From the NCBI GenBank assembly GCA_903844685.1, contig CAIMUM010000194.1, positions 17,292 to 81,291 on the forward strand: a stretch of 64,000 nucleotides of DNA. The letters run 5' to 3'. The notes below the pieces were generated by a model. The model was not told where the DNA came from. It saw only the letters and a program-made list of their open reading frames with translations, and did no database searches. This document shows positions 59,159 to 64,000 of the stretch, piece after piece. How positions within the stretch are numbered: position 1 is the stretch's first letter; each line of letters begins with the position of its first letter. Position numbers and translations under genes: made by a program. Source of the stretch: an uncultured Dehalococcoidia bacterium (GTDB taxonomy: Bacteria > Chloroflexota > Dehalococcoidia > GIF9 > UBA5629).

Positions 59159-60379
59159 ATGAAGGCAGAAGTAATTTCGATCGGCACTGAGCTCTTACTT
59201 GGCGAGATAACGGATTTAAACGCCGTTTATCTGGCCAGTCAGTTACCTTTACTCGGGTTAGATCTTCACTTCATTTCTACTGTGGGTGACAACAGGCAGC
59301 GGCTTATCGAGACACTTAATCACTCCTGGCAAAGATCCGATATTATCATAACGACGGGTGGACTGGGGCCAACGGAGGACGATATCACACGTGAAGCTAT
59401 CGCTGATTTCTTCCGGGAACCTATATCCATCGATCAATCACTGGTCAAACAATTCAGGGAATTATTCAGCCACTTTAACATGGACATGCCCGAAAGCAAC
59501 ATTAAGCAGGCTTCAGTTATTCCATCCTGCCAGGTGATCCCAAATCCCAGGGGCACAGCGCCGGGTTGGTGGGTGGAGAAGGACAAGCACGTTATCATCG
59601 CCATGCCGGGACCGCCCGGTGAGATGCAGCAGATGTGGTCTAATGTTGTCGCTCCCAAACTTCAAGATAAGTATTGCGATGCCATCATTTTCTCTCAAAC
59701 ACTGAAGACCTTCAGCCTGAGTGAGGCAAAACTCGGCGAAATAACGAAGTCATTTTTACTGGCAAAAAACCCTACTGTAGGAATCTACGCGAAACCCGAC
59801 GGCATTCATTTACGGATAGCCGCAAAAGCCAGTACGCTTGAGGCCGCCAGTCAGTTAGTCGCATCTACCACTAACCAGATCCGTCAATTAGTTGGGGATT
59901 ACATCTGGGGCACAGATACTGATACACTGGAAGGAATCGTGGCAAAGCAATTTAATGATAGAGAGTTAAGCCTCTCCACCATGGAGGCTGGCACCGGAGG
60001 GATATTATCCAACTGTATCACCAATATTCCGCTTAGCTCGGGATTCTACAAATATGGTATAGTGATAAACTTCAATGATCTTGGATCGCAATTCGGCGTT
60101 AATGAAAATGTTATCAAGCAATATGGGATAGTAAGCCAGGAAACGGCCAGGGAGATGGCGGCCGCTGTTCGCAGAGTCCATGAAACCTCGGTAGGAGTCG
60201 GACTGGTTGGAGTGCTGGAATCTGATGAGCAGGGCCACAAAATGGGCAACATAATGATTGGCATTGATAATGGTTCGCACAATTACGCGTTTTCAGCGAA
60301 TTACCCGGGAACGCGCATGCAGATAAAGCAGAGGGCCGCCATTTCTGCTCTTTTTGAATTAAGAAAAATCATGCTATAG
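59159..60379 (+). CDS. cinA: CinA-family competence/damage-inducible protein (MocF-like N-domain + PncC-like C-domain)
   Basis: MKAEVISIGTELLLGEI...TTGGLGPTEDD is the CinA N-terminal domain. 406 aa. Confidence 0.8.
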   Translation: MKAEVISIGTELLLGEITDLNAVYLASQLPLLGLDLHFISTVGDNRQRLIETLNHSWQRSDIIITTGGLGPTEDDITREAIADFFREPISIDQSLVKQFRELFSHFNMDMPESNIKQASVIPSCQVIPNPRGTAPGWWVEKDKHVIIAMPGPPGEMQQMWSNVVAPKLQDKYCDAIIFSQTLKTFSLSEAKLGEITKSFLLAKNPTVGIYAKPDGIHLRIAAKASTLEAASQLVASTTNQIRQLVGDYIWGTDTDTLEGIVAKQFNDRELSLSTMEAGTGGILSNCITNIPLSSGFYKYGIVINFNDLGSQFGVNENVIKQYGIVSQETAREMAAAVRRVHETSVGVGLVGVLESDEQGHKMGNIMIGIDNGSHNYAFSANYPGTRMQIKQRAAISALFELRKIML

Positions 60380-60387
60380 GAGATAAA

Positions 60388-60783
60388 ATGCACCTGATAA
60401 TTGACGGATTTGGAAAAAATAAAGATATATTGCAGGATGAAAATTTCATTTACGATTTGCTGTTTGCGTATCCTAGCAATATAGGCATGACAAAAATATC
60501 CGATCCTATTGTATTCCGATATTCGGGTTCAAAGCCGGAGGATTGGGGCATCTCAGGCCTGGTATTTATAGCTGAAAGCCATATCAGCGTGCACACTTTC
60601 GTGGAAAGAAAATTCATTAATATAGATGTCTTTTCCTGCAAGGATTTTGATGCTGAACGCATCATGCAGGATATGAGAGACAAATTCGGGTTAACCAGGA
60701 TGAGGAGTTGCCTGGTACGGCGTGAGTGGGAGCCTGGCGAACTGAAAGAATGCCAAGAAGCGCTTGAATTAAATTCGATATGA
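60388..60783 (+). CDS. speH: S-adenosylmethionine decarboxylase proenzyme (SpeH/class 1b, pyruvoyl-dependent)
   Basis: ...GLVFIAESHISVHTFVE... contains the E-S self-cleavage site. ~130 aa. The RBS is GGAG. Confidence 0.8.
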   Translation: MHLIIDGFGKNKDILQDENFIYDLLFAYPSNIGMTKISDPIVFRYSGSKPEDWGISGLVFIAESHISVHTFVERKFINIDVFSCKDFDAERIMQDMRDKFGLTRMRSCLVRREWEPGELKECQEALELNSI

Positions 60784-61667
60784 ACCAAGATCCCGGCCGG
60801 TTTTTACAGCAGAGAAATTTCGGCGGGCTACCACCCGCTTTCTCGGATTTTGATACAGCCCGGGTTACGGTGCTTCCTGTACCCTACGACAGTACCACGG
60901 AATGGCACAGCGGCACACGCAAAGGCCCTAAATCAATAATTGAAGCATCCTTTTACCTGGAATGGTTTGATATTGAACTGGGCGGAGAGACTATTAATAT
61001 CGGCATCCATACTCTTCCCGAACTTGAACCCGCGATGAGCAGTCCCAGAGATATGGCCGACCGCGTTGAAGCCGCTGTCAGAAACCTGCTGGATAAATCC
61101 AAATTCGTTGTTACCCTGGGTGGAGAGCATTCTATCAGTTACGGTGCGATACGGGCATATAATGCGAATTACAGGGATTTCTCTGTCCTTCAACTTGACG
61201 CCCACACAGATCTCAGGGACCAATATCTTGGAACAGAGTACAGCCATGCCTGCGTTATGCGCAGGGTGATAGAAATATGCCCGATTACCCAGGTTGGCAT
61301 ACGCAGCATGAGCCTTGAAGAAAATGAATTCGTTGCAACAAAAGGCCTGAAGCCTTTCATTTACAGTCAAGAAGATATTTCATCATCGACAGATAAAATA
61401 ATCCAAACGCTGGCGCCCAATGTTTATATCACAATTGACCTGGACGTATTTGATCCCTCCATTATGTCTTCGGTCGGTACACCTGAACCGGGAGGGATGC
61501 TCTGGCAGGACGTTCTCAACCTGTTATTTGCAGTATCTCATAAAAGAACGGTCGTGGGATTCGACATAGTAGAACTGTGTCCCGATCAGGGGAGCGATGC
61601 CTGCTCATTCCTGGCTGCTAAACTTGCATACAAATTAATAGGCTACTCATTAATGTTTAAAAAATAG
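60780..61667 (+). CDS. speB: Agmatinase / arginase-family ureohydrolase
   Basis: Arginase-family metal-binding motifs are present (GGEHSISYG, DAHTDL, DLDVFDPS). It overlaps the speH stop by 4 nt. Confidence 0.8.
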   Translation: MNQDPGRFLQQRNFGGLPPAFSDFDTARVTVLPVPYDSTTEWHSGTRKGPKSIIEASFYLEWFDIELGGETINIGIHTLPELEPAMSSPRDMADRVEAAVRNLLDKSKFVVTLGGEHSISYGAIRAYNANYRDFSVLQLDAHTDLRDQYLGTEYSHACVMRRVIEICPITQVGIRSMSLEENEFVATKGLKPFIYSQEDISSSTDKIIQTLAPNVYITIDLDVFDPSIMSSVGTPEPGGMLWQDVLNLLFAVSHKRTVVGFDIVELCPDQGSDACSFLAAKLAYKLIGYSLMFKK

Positions 61668-61792
61668 CCTCAGGCGACTGCTACAGCCCGGTATTATAAT
61701 ATGGCTTATTTTAAATATTTTGATATTATATATACGTTCACTTGGTTGACAACTAACCCGGTCTTATTTTAATATTCTTTGGTTTAGCGGAT

Positions 61793-62620
61793 ATGTCCTC
61801 AAAACAAAAGCCTTCTCCCATAAATAAGGGTTTCAGTCTGGGGGAAGCTGCTACCCACTACTTTTCGTCACTACCCTCAGATACAGCCGGGCATATACAG
61901 AAAGAGGTATTTAAATTTATCCGCTGGTATGGAGAGGAAAGGCCGATCATTAATCTCACCGGCCAGGAAGTTGCTAACTACTCGGAGCAATTCGGAGTTG
62001 CGAATACCAAATTCACAGAACATTTACATGAGGTAAAAACCTTCCTGGCCTTTGCATTCAAACAGGGGGTAACCGCAACCAATCTTTCAGTACACATCAG
62101 GATTAAAAAGCCGGCATCCAGGCGCCTGTCTTCAAGCTCCCTGAAAGCTGAAGAACCGATAATGTTGACAAAAAATGGTTATAATGAGATGAAAAGCAAA
62201 CTGACGTCTTTAAAGGAAGAGCGGCCCAGGGTCACGGAAGAGATTAAAAAGGCCGCTGCGGATAAAGATTTCAGGGAAAATGCCCCGCTTCAGGCAGCAC
62301 GCGAAAAGCAGGGGCATATAGAAGGGCAAATCCGCGACCTTGAGGAAACCTTAAAAAAGGCCCGTGTCTTCGAATCCGTTGATAAGACAGGCATTAGAAT
62401 CGCTATCGGTGATACTGTTGCTATAACTGACACAATGTCAGGCGAAAAAATAAATTACACTATCGTCAGTTCTCAGGAAGCGAATATTAAGCAGCATAAA
62501 ATCTCACTCGCGTCCCCGATGGGCCAGGCCATTTTTAACAAGGAAGCCGGGGATTTGCTGGAAGTTAACGCCCCATCCGGGGTGTTAACCTACAAAATCG
62601 TCGAAATCACAAGGCATTGA
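61793..62620 (+). CDS. GreA/GreB-family transcript cleavage factor with ~125-aa N-terminal extension
   Basis: The C-terminal ~150 aa match the GreA coiled-coil and FKBP-like domains (MLTKNGYNEMKSKL..., ...IGDTVAI...GEKINYTIVSSQEAN...ISLASPMGQA). The N-terminal 125 aa are unrelated. Confidence 0.6.
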   Translation: MSSKQKPSPINKGFSLGEAATHYFSSLPSDTAGHIQKEVFKFIRWYGEERPIINLTGQEVANYSEQFGVANTKFTEHLHEVKTFLAFAFKQGVTATNLSVHIRIKKPASRRLSSSSLKAEEPIMLTKNGYNEMKSKLTSLKEERPRVTEEIKKAAADKDFRENAPLQAAREKQGHIEGQIRDLEETLKKARVFESVDKTGIRIAIGDTVAITDTMSGEKINYTIVSSQEANIKQHKISLASPMGQAIFNKEAGDLLEVNAPSGVLTYKIVEITRH

Positions 62621-62799
62621 CCGGGCCGCTATCCGTTTTCCTGAACTGTGACTTTAATTATTCAGGCCGTTAAACTATAATAGAGCGGTTTTGGGATAAA
62701 AACACTGGAAAATTCACCAGATATTTGATGAGTCTAATTGCTTATTGCAACAGGGCAAGTAAAACAAAAATAATAGGAATTTAGTATTAAGGAGGTACT

Positions 62800-63984
62800 A
62801 TGGATTTTCGATTGACTGAAGAACAAATAGCCCGCAGAAAAGATATTTACAAAGTCTGCGAAGAACTGGAGAAGAAAAAACCTAAGAGTTACGTGGGTTT
62901 TGAAAGCCAGTTCGATAACGAGGAAGGCTGGGCATTCCATCGTTATTGTGCCAAGGAATTCGCCAAGAGAGGTTGGCTTGCCCTTGGTTGGCCCAAGGAA
63001 TACGGCGGCACCGGCACCATGATGGACAAGGTGCTCCTGGCAGAGGCACGCGGCTATTATGATCTGCCCGGTTCAGACATTTTCGGCGTATCTATGCTTG
63101 CCCCCACCCTGCTGGCAGCCGGTAGCGAGGAGATCAAAAGGGAATTCCTGCCGAAAATCGCCAGTGCTGAAGTTATGTTTTGCGAACTCTGGAGTGAACC
63201 GAATGCCGGTTCAGACCTCGCGGGGATGACATCCACCGCTGTCCGCAAGGGTGACGAATTCATCGTTAACGGCCAGAAAACCTGGAATACCGGCGCCCAT
63301 TTTGCGGACTGGGGATTCGGCGTATACAAATCCGATCCAAATGCTAAGAAGCATCACAACCTCACCTTCATCCTCAACAATATGAAAGACAAGGGAGTTA
63401 CCGTAAGGGGCATACCTTACATGAATGGTTCCCATGTTTACAACGAGGTTTACCTGGATGACGTCCATATGTCTGCCAAATATATCGTAGGCCAGGAAAA
63501 CGAAGGCTGGGCCGTGGTTAATGTGCTCGCCGGTTTTGAAAGATCAAATATGGATATGGTTTATGGCCTGGTAAAAGCACAGGAAGAGTTTGTGAATTTC
63601 TGCAACGAAACCAAGAGGCACGGGAAGCCGTTATCACAGGACCCCATGGTCCGCAACAAGATTGCCGAATTCGCATGTTCAATTGAGGCTGTGCGAACGC
63701 TGGCCTACCGTGTTGCCGACCAGCAGAACAGGAATGAAATGGGACTGATGGACGCGGCTTCAGTGAAAGTATTTGCCAGTGAGCTACTGGAGAAATTCGG
63801 ACAAATAGCCACAGATTTATTGGGACCATATGGCCAGGTCAAGCATTCCAAATGGGCCAAATTGAATGGATCTGCTGAGTATAACTACCAGGCATGCTTC
63901 GTGCCTATCGTATCAATGGGTACCAATGAAATTCAGCGCAATATCATCGCATGGTATGGCCTTGGCCTGCCCCGCATGAAATAA
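62800..63984 (+). CDS. Acyl-CoA dehydrogenase family protein (paralog of 15372..16556)
   Basis: It starts MDFRLTEEQ behind AGGAGGT. The C-terminal GTNEIQRNIIAWYGLGLPRMK is identical in the paralog. Confidence 0.85.
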   Translation: MDFRLTEEQIARRKDIYKVCEELEKKKPKSYVGFESQFDNEEGWAFHRYCAKEFAKRGWLALGWPKEYGGTGTMMDKVLLAEARGYYDLPGSDIFGVSMLAPTLLAAGSEEIKREFLPKIASAEVMFCELWSEPNAGSDLAGMTSTAVRKGDEFIVNGQKTWNTGAHFADWGFGVYKSDPNAKKHHNLTFILNNMKDKGVTVRGIPYMNGSHVYNEVYLDDVHMSAKYIVGQENEGWAVVNVLAGFERSNMDMVYGLVKAQEEFVNFCNETKRHGKPLSQDPMVRNKIAEFACSIEAVRTLAYRVADQQNRNEMGLMDAASVKVFASELLEKFGQIATDLLGPYGQVKHSKWAKLNGSAEYNYQACFVPIVSMGTNEIQRNIIAWYGLGLPRMK

Positions 63985-64000
63985 TTGAAGACGCATAATT

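Noticed and set aside
1-64000. CRISPR arrays, rRNA genes, integrons
   Set aside because: No short direct repeats at regular spacing and no rRNA-like conserved stretches were seen anywhere in the window.

Overview
Bacterial chromosomal segment, likely from an anaerobe, with 50-55 % GC and SD-type ribosome-binding sites throughout; the window opens inside a 5'-truncated FAD-linked oxidase gene. Most of it is a large acyl-CoA catabolic island with a peroxisome-like parts list. It holds eight acyl-CoA dehydrogenase (ACAD) paralogs, several as adjacent pairs or trios. It also holds five SCP-x-type thiolase-fold proteins, three of which have lost the thiolase Cys and His residues, and three stand-alone DUF35 proteins. 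Further members are an HMG-CoA-synthase-like-DUF35 fusion, three MaoC/hotdog hydratase subunits, an MFE-2-like SDR, an SCP2 protein, a family III CoA-transferase, two acyl-CoA ligases, an Fe-ADH and an OYE/FadH-like reductase. A CrtC-like hydratase and a CrtI/CrtD-like FAD oxidoreductase are also present. Together these point to beta-oxidation of methyl-branched, isoprenoid or steroid-like substrates. Interspersed are a livKHMGF-type ABC transporter with a stranded SBP fragment, a GH29 fucosidase and a corrinoid-protein plus URO-D-type methyltransferase pair. An IS3 remnant is followed by a CI/Cro-like switch with a co-transcribed two-CW Cys-rich protein. A RuBisCO-like protein (form IV) operon contains a class III aminotransferase, a STAS protein and a 4-hydroxybutyrate-type CoA transferase. 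A TetR gene with a perfect operator palindrome diverges from this operon, with an FGGY kinase and an orphan AmmeMemoRadiSam-type radical SAM gene beyond it. The right end carries plsY, tRNA-Asp(GTC), a repeat-containing surface protein, thiC behind a TPP riboswitch, cinA, speH and speB, a GreA-like factor and another ACAD. No CRISPR array or rRNA was seen.
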